Notes under the pieces: model-generated
Seen by the model: only the letters and a program-made list of their open reading frames with translations
Databases searched by the model: none
Told to the model about the DNA's origin: nothing
Source of the DNA: an uncultured Clostridium sp.
Lineage (GTDB): Bacteria; Bacillota; Clostridia; TANB77; CAG-508
Length of the DNA: 59,501 nucleotides
Direction of reading: 5' to 3'
Assembly (NCBI GenBank): GCA_964618105.1
Contig: CAZUAJ010000002.1
Span: 1 to 59,501, forward strand
Shown here: in pieces, positions 46,671-55,460 of the stretch
How the letters are laid out: each line of letters opens with the position of its first letter
Numbering within the stretch: the first letter of the stretch is position 1
Program-made: the position numbers and the translations under genes

Positions 46671-46747
46671 TGGTGTGCCTAGCGGGAATTGAACCTGCGA
46701 CCTCTCGCTTAGGAGGCGAGCGCTCTATCCAACTGAGCTATAGACAC
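46671..46747 (-). tRNA. tRNA-Arg (anticodon CCU), CCA encoded
   Basis: Minus strand: GUGUCUA-UAGCUCAGUUGGAUAGAGCG-CUCGC-CUCCUAA-GCGAG-AGGUC-GCAGGUUCAAUUCCCGC-UAGGCAC-ACCA. Seven acceptor pairs were checked by hand. Confidence 0.9.
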
Positions 46748-46842
46748 ATTTTTTGTAACATTTATATAATACAATATTTTTTTGTTTTTAGCAAGTATTT
46801 TCAAATGTATGATTTTATGTTATATTTATATAGAGGTATTTT

Positions 46843-47580
46843 ATGGAATTAAATGAAAATGAAAGAATTGATAATTTAGAATTAAATAATTTAAAAATAA
46901 TACAAAATACAAAAGGTTTTTGCTTTGGTCTGGATAGTATTTTACTTTCTGATTTTGCAAAAAATATTAAAACAAATTCAAAGGTAATTGACTTAGGTAC
47001 TGGTACTGGAATTTTACCTATTTTACTTTCTGCTAAAACTAAAGCTTCAAAAATATTTGGAATAGAAATTCAACCAGAAGTTGCTAATATGGCGAAAAGA
47101 AGTGTTTTATTAAATAATTTGCAAAACAAAATTGAAATTGTTTGTGAAAATATTAAATGTTTAAAAGATATTTATAATGTAAATTCATTTGATGCTGTTG
47201 TAACAAACCCACCTTATAAATTACTTGGTACAGGAAATATAAATGAATGTCAATTAAAACTTATTTCTCGCCATGAGATATCTGCTAATTTAGAAGATTT
47301 TATATCAATTTCTAGCTATTTATTAAAAGACCAAGCTAGTATATATATGGTTCATAGACCTGAAAGATTAGTTGATATTTTATGTGTTTTTAGAAAATAT
47401 AAATTGGAACCAAAGGAATTAAAATTTGTTTATCCTAGTAGCTGTAAGGCTCCAAATCTTGTTTTAATTAAAGCAACTAAAAATGCAAAACCATTTTTAA
47501 AAATTGATAGTCCTTTATTTGTTTATAATCTTGATGGTAAATATACAAATGAATTATTAAAAATATATGGTAAATTGTAA
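46843..47580 (+). CDS. Class I SAM-dependent methyltransferase, tRNA (adenine-N6)-methyltransferase-like
   Basis: VIDLGTGTGILPILL (SAM motif I) and VVTNPPYK (NPPY). Precedes rsmI, as yabB does in Bacillus. Confidence 0.6.
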   Translation: MELNENERIDNLELNNLKIIQNTKGFCFGLDSILLSDFAKNIKTNSKVIDLGTGTGILPILLSAKTKASKIFGIEIQPEVANMAKRSVLLNNLQNKIEIVCENIKCLKDIYNVNSFDAVVTNPPYKLLGTGNINECQLKLISRHEISANLEDFISISSYLLKDQASIYMVHRPERLVDILCVFRKYKLEPKELKFVYPSSCKAPNLVLIKATKNAKPFLKIDSPLFVYNLDGKYTNELLKIYGKL

Positions 47581-47611
47581 ATAATATTTTTTAATATTAA
47601 GGAGGTTTATA

Positions 47612-48436
47612 ATGATTGGCAAAATTTATTTAGTAGCAACCCCAATTGGAAATTTAGGTGATATCACATTTCGTGCAATAGAAACTTTAAAAAATGTTGA
47701 TTTAATTGCAGCTGAAGATACTAGGCAAACTTTAAAACTATTAAATCATTTTGAGATTAGTAAGCCAATGATTAGTTATCATAGACATAATGAAAATATA
47801 AAGTGTGATGATTTAATTGAAAAAGTATTGTCAGGTAAAAATATAGCAATTGTTACAGATGCTGGCACACCAGGCATTTCTGACCCTGGTGAAGAAATTG
47901 TAAAAGAGGCAATAAAAAATAATATTGATATTATTCCAATTCCTGGTGCATGCGCTTTTGTAAATAGTTTAATTGTTTCTGGAATTTCAACAACCGAATT
48001 TTCTTTTTATGGTTTTTTACCTTTAAATAAGAAGAATCGTAAAGAAAAATTGTTACAAATTATGAAAGAACAAAAAACAGTTATTTTATATGAAGCTCCA
48101 CATAAATTATTAAAAACTTTAGAAGATATTTTAGAAAATATTGGAGATATTCAAGGTTGTTTAGTACGTGAACTTACTAAAATTCATGAGCAAAAAATAT
48201 ATGGTAAAATTTCAGAGTTAATTAATTTATCCTACGAACCTAGGGGTGAATATGTGATTATATTAGATTTATCTCAAAATAAAAATTCTAAAGATATTAA
48301 TTTTTTAGAAATGAGTTTAGAAGAGCATTATAATTTTTATGAAAAATTAGGTTTTAATAAAAAAGATATTATTAAACAAATTGCAAAAGATAGAAATGTA
48401 AGTAAAAATGAGATTTACCAAAATTTTATATCATAA
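47612..48436 (+). CDS. rsmI: 16S rRNA (cytidine1402-2'-O)-methyltransferase
   Basis: GKIYLVATPIGNLGDITFRAIETLKNVDLIAAEDTR, TDAGTPGISDPG and YEAPHKL. Confidence 0.9.
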   Translation: MIGKIYLVATPIGNLGDITFRAIETLKNVDLIAAEDTRQTLKLLNHFEISKPMISYHRHNENIKCDDLIEKVLSGKNIAIVTDAGTPGISDPGEEIVKEAIKNNIDIIPIPGACAFVNSLIVSGISTTEFSFYGFLPLNKKNRKEKLLQIMKEQKTVILYEAPHKLLKTLEDILENIGDIQGCLVRELTKIHEQKIYGKISELINLSYEPRGEYVIILDLSQNKNSKDINFLEMSLEEHYNFYEKLGFNKKDIIKQIAKDRNVSKNEIYQNFIS

Positions 48437-48483
48437 TTTTTTTAAAAATAGTGTTGATAAAATCAACACTATTTTTGTATTTA

Positions 48484-48735
48484 TTATTCTTCTTTTATTT
48501 CTGCTAATTTACTTAAGCATTTATCACAAATTAGCTTTCCTTTATATTCTGATAATTTTTTAGAATTTCCGCAAAATATACAATTTGGCTCAAATTTTTT
48601 TAATATTATATTAGAACCATCAACATATATTTCTATAGGGTCTTTTTCTGCAATTTCAAATTTATTTCTTAATTCAATTGGTATAACTACTCTCCCCAAT
48701 TCGTCAACTCTTCTTACAATACCTGTAGATTTCAT
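48484..48735 (-). CDS. abrB: Transition-state regulator AbrB (SpoVT/AbrB swapped-hairpin domain)
   Basis: MKSTGIVRRVDELGRVVIPIELRNKFEIAEKDPIEIYVDGSNIILKK. The ATG at 48735 follows AAGGAGGTGCCAA. Confidence 0.85.
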   Translation of the reverse strand: MKSTGIVRRVDELGRVVIPIELRNKFEIAEKDPIEIYVDGSNIILKKFEPNCIFCGNSKKLSEYKGKLICDKCLSKLAEIKEE

Positions 48736-48760
48736 TTGGCACCTCCTTAAAATAACATTT

Positions 48761-48767
48761 TTCGACA
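48761..48767 (-). promoter_or_regulatory. Spo0A box (TGTCGAA) in the abrB leader
   Basis: Exact TGTCGAA on the abrB strand, 26 nt upstream of the ATG and just downstream of the predicted -10. Confidence 0.55.
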
Positions 48768-48783
48768 AATTAATTACAATATG

Positions 48784-48812
48784 ATAATACCATAAAAACT
48801 TTGAAATTGCAA
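48784..48812 (-). promoter_or_regulatory. SigA-like abrB promoter
   Basis: Minus strand reads TTGCAA (48812-48807), a 17-nt spacer, then TATTAT (48789-48784). Confidence 0.4.
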
Positions 48813-48862
48813 CAAGAATAGTTTAAAACATTAACATTTTTTGTAATTTGATGTTTTTTTGG

Positions 48863-48879
48863 TGTCGAATTTTGTCGAA
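48863..48879 (+). promoter_or_regulatory. Tandem Spo0A boxes TGTCGAAtttTGTCGAA
   Basis: Two exact 0A boxes as direct repeats with a 3-nt spacer (10-bp phasing), in the abrB-spmA intergenic region. Confidence 0.6.
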
Positions 48880-48955
48880 AACTTTTTTTGATAGTCCAAT
48901 TTTAGTAATAAAATTTGATTATTGGAATACATTGAAAAAAAGAAAGGTGATTTTT

Positions 48956-49531
48956 TTGTTAAATATAATTTGGCCTATATTTATTGTAATTTCAATAATA
49001 TATGCTTTAATTTCTGGAAATATTGAAAATGCAAGTAATGGAATTTTTGAGTCTGCAAACTCTGCTGTTCAATTAACACTTACTTTTTTTGGCACTATTT
49101 GTTTATGGAATGGAATAATGGAAATTGCTAAAAAAACTAGCTTAATTCATATTTTATGCAAAACTTTAAATCCTTGTATTAACTTTTTATTTCCTGATTT
49201 AAAAAATAATAAACAAGCAAAAGAAGAAATTTCTATGAATATGGTGGCTAATTTTCTTGGGCTTGGAAATGCTGCTACCCCACTTGGTTTAAAAGCAATG
49301 CAAACTTTGCAACAGAATAATTCCAAAAAAGATACTTTAACAAATTCAATGGCTATGTTTATTGTAATAAATACTGCTTCAATGCAACTTATTCCTACAA
49401 ATGTAATAGCTATTCGAAGTTCTTTAGGTTCTAGCTCGCCTAGTGGAATTATTATTCAAGTTTGGTTTGCCACAATTGTTGCAGCTTTTGTTGGAATTAC
49501 TGCAACAAAATTATTAATGAAAAAATTTTAA
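48956..49531 (+). CDS. spmA: Spore maturation protein A (nucleoside-recognition/Gate domain)
   Basis: LLNIIWPIFIVISIIYALISGN...FFGTICLWNGIMEIA... Likely TTG start at 48956 after AAAGGTGA. The ORF track begins upstream at 48848. Confidence 0.75.
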   Translation: MLNIIWPIFIVISIIYALISGNIENASNGIFESANSAVQLTLTFFGTICLWNGIMEIAKKTSLIHILCKTLNPCINFLFPDLKNNKQAKEEISMNMVANFLGLGNAATPLGLKAMQTLQQNNSKKDTLTNSMAMFIVINTASMQLIPTNVIAIRSSLGSSSPSGIIIQVWFATIVAAFVGITATKLLMKKF

Positions 49532-49581
49532 AAATTATATTTTTATATAATTTATTTTTTATGAAGGGATAATTTAAAAAT

Positions 49582-50109
49582 ATGCAAATAGTTAATTTTT
49601 TTTCTGCTTTTGCGATTCCTGCAACAATAATAATTATTATATTATTTGGTTTAAAAGAAAAAGTAAAAGTTTTTGATATTTTTTTAAATGGTGCTAAGGA
49701 TGGGATGAAAATGGTTGTTGAATTATTTCCAACATTATTAGGAATTTTTTTAGCAATTGGGCTACTTAGAACTTCTGGCATTTTAGATTTTATAATTAAA
49801 ATAATTTCTCCAATTACAAATTTTTTAAGTATTCCTAGCCAAATTTTACCTTTAGCAATGTTAAGACCAATTTCTGGTAGTGCCTCAATTGGTGTTGCTG
49901 TTGATATTATGAATAATTATGGTGTAGATAGTTTAATAGGTTATATAGCTTCTACAATTATGGGTTCAACTGAAACTACTTTTTACACAATAGCAGTTTA
50001 TACAGCCGCTGTCAAAATAAAAAAAATCCGCTTTGTTTTATTTGCGGCTTTATTAGCAGATTTTGCTGGAATGGTTGCATCTGTTGTTATTTGTCGAATT
50101 CTGTCATAA
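49582..50109 (+). CDS. spmB: Spore maturation protein B
   Basis: 175-aa polytopic protein paired with spmA. Contains LRPISGSASIGV and GSTETTFYTIAVY. Confidence 0.8.
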   Translation: MQIVNFFSAFAIPATIIIIILFGLKEKVKVFDIFLNGAKDGMKMVVELFPTLLGIFLAIGLLRTSGILDFIIKIISPITNFLSIPSQILPLAMLRPISGSASIGVAVDIMNNYGVDSLIGYIASTIMGSTETTFYTIAVYTAAVKIKKIRFVLFAALLADFAGMVASVVICRILS

Positions 50110-50402
50110 AGTTTTTGTTGACAAATTTTAAATTTTAGAGTATTATAATTTTAGTTTTAATTTACAATTTTTAAATCTTATTTCTTTACATTTTATTCTT
50201 AAAATTTTAAAGAAAACTTTAAAACATGATTTTATTTTTGTAGAGGAAATTTTTTCTTGCATAATTTCTTATTGTGTATTTCCATAACCTAACTTTTTTT
50301 TATTTTCGAAATTATAGTGCCCCCAATTTATTATAATTTTAAATAAATATTAAATATCTTGAATGAATTTTTAATTTCCTCTACATTACTAATATATATT
50401 TT

Positions 50403-51194
50403 TTATGATACTTCTAAATCTAATATTTCGCTTGGACTTGAACGTTTTGCAACTCCAATTTTAATTTTGTTTTCATCAAAATTATTAGCGTATAATTCAT
50501 CAATAACAGTTTTATATGCAAGTTCCGGAAAGTTATTTTCCTTACTTAAATGTCCTAACATAACATTTTTTAAACCTGAATTTAATAAATATGAAATAGT
50601 TTTGCCTGCAGCTTCATTTGATAAATGTCCATTTGGACCTGCAATACGTTGTTTTAACGAATATGGGTATTTTGAATATGACAATATATTTGGGTCATAA
50701 TTTGATTCAAGTAATATGAATCCACTTCCTTCTAATTTTTTTATTATTTCTTTATTAATATGCCCTATATCTGTTGCAATACTAATTTTTTGATTATTAT
50801 AAAATATATTAAATCCGCATGGGTTTGCAGCATCATGTGGTATTGAATATGGATTTACTTTCAAATCACCTATTTCAAATTTTTCATTTACATTAAAAAA
50901 ATTTTTATTTTTTACTTTTTCAGCAATTAAAGGCATTGCTTCCCAAGTTTGTTTGTTTGCATATACTGGTATATCAAATTTTTTTGATATTGTTGCTAAT
51001 CCCTTAACATGGTCTGAATGTTCATGTGTTACCAGTATTGCATCAATTTCATTTATATTTACATTTATATTATTTAAACCGTCTTCAATTTTTTTTGCAC
51101 TTTCCCCTGCATCAACTAAAATTTTAGTATTATCAGTTTGTACAAATAAACTATTCCCACTACTTCCACTATATAAACTACAAAATTTAAACAT
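50403..51194 (-). CDS. MBL-fold metallo-hydrolase (YycJ/WalJ-like)
   Basis: LVTHEHSDHVKG (HxHxDH) and the overall beta-lactamase fold pattern. Confidence 0.65.
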   Translation of the reverse strand: MFKFCSLYSGSSGNSLFVQTDNTKILVDAGESAKKIEDGLNNINVNINEIDAILVTHEHSDHVKGLATISKKFDIPVYANKQTWEAMPLIAEKVKNKNFFNVNEKFEIGDLKVNPYSIPHDAANPCGFNIFYNNQKISIATDIGHINKEIIKKLEGSGFILLESNYDPNILSYSKYPYSLKQRIAGPNGHLSNEAAGKTISYLLNSGLKNVMLGHLSKENNFPELAYKTVIDELYANNFDENKIKIGVAKRSSPSEILDLEVS

Positions 51195-51277
51195 TTGTGT
51201 CTTTCCTTCTTTTAGTTTTATTCGTTATTTTTTATAAAAACTTTCTCTTTATGTGAGAAAGTTTTTTATTATATATT

Positions 51278-52552
51278 TTACTCTGCAACTCTTTGTATAT
51301 TAGCACCTAATTTTCTAAATTTCTCTTCAATATTTTCATATCCTCTATCAATATGTTCAATATTGTATAGTTGTGTTTCACCTTTTGCACTAATTCCTGC
51401 AATAATTAGGGCTGCACCTGCTCTTAAGTCTGTTGCATATACTGGTGCACCTGTTAAGTCATTTACACCTTCAAATACAGCTGATTTTCCTTGTGCAGTA
51501 ATTTTGGCTCCCATTTTATTTAATTCAGATGTATATTGAAACCTTGATTCCCATATACTTTCGTGAATCATACTTGTACCTTCTGCCATTGAAAGTACCA
51601 CTCCCATTTGTGGTTGCATATCTGTTGGAAAGCCTGGATATGGAAGTGTTTTTACTATTGCTTTTGTTGGTCTTTTATTCATTGTAACTCTTATTGAGTC
51701 GCCCATATCTTTTACATTTCCACCAATTTCAAGTATTTTTGCTGTAATACAATCCAAATGCTCTGGTATACAATTTTTTATTGTTATATCTCCTCTAGTA
51801 GCCACTGCTGCAAGCATAAATGTTCCTGCTTCAATTTGATCTGGTACTACTGAATATGTACTGTTTCCTTTTAATTCTTTTACTCCATTTATTTTTATAA
51901 CATCTGTACCAGCCCCACGAATATCTGCTCCCATTGTATTTAAAAAATTGGCTACGTCAACTATATGTGGTTCTTTTGCTGCATTGTCAATAGTTGTTGT
52001 TCCTTCTGCAAGTACTGCTGCTAACATTGCATTTATTGTAGCACCAACAGAAACAACATCCATATATATAGCATTTCCAACCATTTTTTTTGCTTTTGCA
52101 GTTACTTTTCCTTGCGCAACTATAACTTTAGCGCCTAAAGCTTCAAAAGCTTTAATGTGTTGGTCTATTGGTCTTGCTCCTAAATTACATCCGCCAGGAA
52201 GTCCAACTTCTGCTTGTCCGCATCTGCTAAGTAATGCCCCCAACAAATAGTATGATGCTCTAAATTTGCTTGTCATGTCGAGTGGTGCTTGTGTGCAACA
52301 TATATTTCTAGTATCAATTTCAATTTCATTTTCTGATAACCATGTTATTTTTGCACCTAATTCTTGCAATATTTTACATGACATTTTTACGTCACTAATA
52401 TTAGGTAAATTTTCTATTTTACATACTCCATTAACTAATAAAGTAGCTGGTAATATTGCAACTGCTGCATTTTTTGCTCCACTTATTACTACTTCTCCTT
52501 TTAGTTTTGTAGGTCCACTTATTACTAATTTATCCAAAGGTATTACCTCCAT
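51278..52552 (-). CDS. murA: UDP-N-acetylglucosamine 1-carboxyvinyltransferase
   Basis: GEVVISGAKNAA, LPGGCNLGARPIDQH (active-site Cys loop) and FPTDMQ. Confidence 0.95.
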   Translation of the reverse strand: MEVIPLDKLVISGPTKLKGEVVISGAKNAAVAILPATLLVNGVCKIENLPNISDVKMSCKILQELGAKITWLSENEIEIDTRNICCTQAPLDMTSKFRASYYLLGALLSRCGQAEVGLPGGCNLGARPIDQHIKAFEALGAKVIVAQGKVTAKAKKMVGNAIYMDVVSVGATINAMLAAVLAEGTTTIDNAAKEPHIVDVANFLNTMGADIRGAGTDVIKINGVKELKGNSTYSVVPDQIEAGTFMLAAVATRGDITIKNCIPEHLDCITAKILEIGGNVKDMGDSIRVTMNKRPTKAIVKTLPYPGFPTDMQPQMGVVLSMAEGTSMIHESIWESRFQYTSELNKMGAKITAQGKSAVFEGVNDLTGAPVYATDLRAGAALIIAGISAKGETQLYNIEHIDRGYENIEEKFRKLGANIQRVAE

Positions 52553-52623
52553 TTTTATTTTCTTTTATCTTTATACCATACTTTGTATTTTATTGCAAGA
52601 TACTTATTTTTAAAAAGGAACTA

Positions 52624-52670
52624 CTATAAATGGCAATAATAAATCAAAAGTTTATTATTGCCATTTATAG
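52624..52670. terminator. 20-bp perfect stem-loop between spoIIR and murA
   Basis: ctataaatggcaataataaa-tcaaaag-tttattattgccatttatag. Confidence 0.5.
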
Positions 52671-52726
52671 CATAACTTTTTTCTTTTATAAGAATTTATA
52701 TAACTTAATTTTAGTTTATTAAATTT

Positions 52727-53374
52727 TTATAAATTACCAAGTTTTAAGTTTTGAAATAATTCTACAATTTTAAATTTAAATGAAATTTCGCTATCATCTT
52801 TTTTACTTATTAAATCATATTCTTCATTATTTAAATTTTGTTTTAATTCTTGTTTTGAATTGTCTGGCACAATTCCTGTACTTACATCTACAAAACATAA
52901 TGGTGGAAACATTACGCACCACCAGTTTTTTCCTTTTGCTTCCCCAATTTGAACCTTTAGTGCATCATAAATCCCCGCTGGTAAAGATATATCCCCATAA
53001 TATTTCGTCGGAAAATTTGCTTTTCCTATTTCTATATTTACATTATAATTAAACCCGTTTTCTCTAATTACTTTTTCTGCTATATTTTTAAATTCTTGTA
53101 TATGTTCTTCTGCTATTTTTATTGTTTCTTCTTTGTTTATACTGTTTTCTGAAATGCTATTCATGTATGAAAGTAATTCATCTCTTATTTTTAATTTTAA
53201 ATTTTGGTCTTCTTCACTATCACTATTAGCTATAATATGCAATCTAAATACACTATCTGCTATATTATTAGAAACAGCATCTACATAGGAAATTGCAGAT
53301 ATTAAAATAAATATACTTAATAATATTAAAATGACAAATATTTTACATATTTTTAATCTTTTGAAATTTTTCAT
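52727..53374 (-). CDS. spoIIR: Stage II sporulation protein R
   Basis: N-terminal signal/TM, FRLHIIANSDSEEDQNLKLKIRDELL, and WWCVMFPPLCF. Confidence 0.8.
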   Translation of the reverse strand: MKNFKRLKICKIFVILILLSIFILISAISYVDAVSNNIADSVFRLHIIANSDSEEDQNLKLKIRDELLSYMNSISENSINKEETIKIAEEHIQEFKNIAEKVIRENGFNYNVNIEIGKANFPTKYYGDISLPAGIYDALKVQIGEAKGKNWWCVMFPPLCFVDVSTGIVPDNSKQELKQNLNNEEYDLISKKDDSEISFKFKIVELFQNLKLGNL

Positions 53375-53582
53375 ATTTTTTTATCTCCTTGAAAAAAATT
53401 TTATTTAATACAATTATTAACATCTTTTTTATATTTTATACATTGCTGCCATTTTTTTTAATTTTTTAAAGTCAAAATGTCGAATAAACACGCACGATTG
53501 TTGGCTTTTTCGCTTGACTTTTATATGAATAAATGGTAAAATTTTCCATGTTGAAATAAATAAAAACTGGGGGTTATTTTGT

Positions 53583-54116
53583 ATGAAAAATAAAAATTAT
53601 CAAGTAGAAAAATTATGTGGTTTTTATGTAAGTGACTGGCATTTGGCTACAACTGTTTTACCATATATTAATTCTAAAATTGAAGAAAATACTAATGTAA
53701 TAACATTCCTAGAAAATAATGTTGAAGAAAATATAAAAATTTTAATGCAGAATATGAATTTAAAAAATAAGAACAAAATATTAAATATTCGTTGGTCAGA
53801 AATAAATGATAAAAAATACACTACTGTTGAAAATATTTTGAATAAAGAAATTTCAAATAATAATATAATTTTAATTAGTGGAAGTAAAAATTATATTGAA
53901 ATAATAAATAATAGTATTGAAAAGTGGTTAGGCAAAAATCAACTTAAATTTTTAAAAATAATTAATCTTTTTGAAATAACAGAATTTAATAATGACATTG
54001 TAAATATTTTAAATGTTCATGATAAAATTTTGAATACATCTGGTGAAAAAGAAATTTCCGATATATTTAGTGGGTATAATAATGGCACTTTTCCTAAAAT
54101 TGCAAATGATATTTAA
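53583..54116 (+). CDS. Hypothetical protein (177 aa)
   Basis: ORF with GGGGGTTATTTTGT upstream. N/I/K-rich. No family recognised with confidence. Confidence 0.45.
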   Translation: MKNKNYQVEKLCGFYVSDWHLATTVLPYINSKIEENTNVITFLENNVEENIKILMQNMNLKNKNKILNIRWSEINDKKYTTVENILNKEISNNNIILISGSKNYIEIINNSIEKWLGKNQLKFLKIINLFEITEFNNDIVNILNVHDKILNTSGEKEISDIFSGYNNGTFPKIANDI

Positions 54117-54182
54117 TATATTTGACTAAATTGGTTAAATCGTATAATATATAATTGTAATTTTTTAAAGGAGGTACTCTTT

Positions 54183-55427
54183 ATGGAGGAAAAATTAAAA
54201 ATGGTCAGAGAATTGCTTGCTAAAAATGGACAAGAGCATTTATTACAATGTTACAACAATTTTTCTGATGAACAAAAAAACAAATTATTAGATAATATTT
54301 TAACATTAGATTTTAACCAGGTAAAAAGTTTATATGAAAGTACTAAAAATAAGCCAAATTTTGAAAATATGAAATTGGAGCCAATCTCTCATGTTACTAA
54401 AGCTGACCTTTCAGCTCAAGATTTAGAAAAATATACAAAAATTGGTGAAGATGTTATTAAAGCTGGTAAATTAGCTGTAGTTACTATGGCTGGTGGTCAA
54501 GGAACTAGACTTGGTCATAATGGTCCAAAAGGAACCTTTGACTTAGGGCTTGACTCTCACAAATCTATTTTTGAAATTTTGTGTGAGCACATAAAAGAAG
54601 CAAAAGCAAAATATGAAGTAACTATTCCTTGGTATTTAATGACAAGTGATGAAAATAATGATGATACTATTAAATTTTTTGAAGAACATAATTATTTTAA
54701 TTATCCTAAAAATGCTATTAAGTTTTTTAAACAAGGTAAACTACCTATGCTTAATACAGAAGGCAAAATTTTATTAGATGAATCAGGTATGATAAAACAA
54801 GGTCCTGATGGACATGGTGGAATTTTTGAAGCTATGAGAAAAAATGGTGTTTTGTATGATATGCAAGAAAAAGGCATTGAGTGGATTTTTATTGGTGGAG
54901 TTGATAATGTTTTGGTTAAAATGGTTGATCCTGTTTTAACTGGACTTATGGTTTTTGAAAATTCTTTATCTGGCGGAAAAAGTGTTGTAAAGGCTTGCCC
55001 TGAAGAAAGAGTTGGAGTTTTCTGCAAAAAAGATGGAAAACCAAGTGTAATTGAATATACTGAAATTTCTAAAGAATTATCTGAGGCTTTAGATGAAAAC
55101 GGTGAACTTCTTTATGGAGAATCACACATTTTATGTAATGAGTTTAATATTTCATTATTAGAAGAAATTAGTAAAAATAAATTACCATATCATGTTGCTT
55201 TTAAAAAGGCAAACTATTTAGATGCTTCTGGAAATTTAGTTGAACCAACTGAACCAAATGCATATAAGTTTGAAGCATTTTTATTTGATGCATTTAGTAT
55301 AGCTGATAATATGAGCATTTTAAGAGTTAAACGTGAGGAGGAATTTGCTCCTGTTAAAAATGCAACAGGCGTTGATAGCCCAGAAACTGCAAGAGCTTTA
55401 TATAAAGCTTTTCATAAAATTTCGTAG
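54183..55427 (+). CDS. UDPGP-family UTP--hexose-1-phosphate uridylyltransferase (UDP-N-acetylhexosamine pyrophosphorylase-like)
   Basis: VVTMAGGQGTRLGHNGPKGTF, PDGHGGIF and FIGGVDNVL, as in eukaryote-type UAP/UGP enzymes. Confidence 0.7.
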   Translation: MEEKLKMVRELLAKNGQEHLLQCYNNFSDEQKNKLLDNILTLDFNQVKSLYESTKNKPNFENMKLEPISHVTKADLSAQDLEKYTKIGEDVIKAGKLAVVTMAGGQGTRLGHNGPKGTFDLGLDSHKSIFEILCEHIKEAKAKYEVTIPWYLMTSDENNDDTIKFFEEHNYFNYPKNAIKFFKQGKLPMLNTEGKILLDESGMIKQGPDGHGGIFEAMRKNGVLYDMQEKGIEWIFIGGVDNVLVKMVDPVLTGLMVFENSLSGGKSVVKACPEERVGVFCKKDGKPSVIEYTEISKELSEALDENGELLYGESHILCNEFNISLLEEISKNKLPYHVAFKKANYLDASGNLVEPTEPNAYKFEAFLFDAFSIADNMSILRVKREEEFAPVKNATGVDSPETARALYKAFHKIS

Positions 55428-55460
55428 TATTATAAAAAATAATTGTAAAGGAGAATTTAC

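Noticed and set aside
50092-50098. Exact Spo0A box TGTCGAA near the end of spmB
   Set aside because: It lies inside the coding sequence (VICRILS*) with no downstream target gene on that strand, so it is most likely a chance occurrence.
50359-50700. 113-aa + strand ORF
   Set aside because: It is almost entirely antisense to the MBL-fold hydrolase gene (50403..51194), which has clear catalytic motifs.
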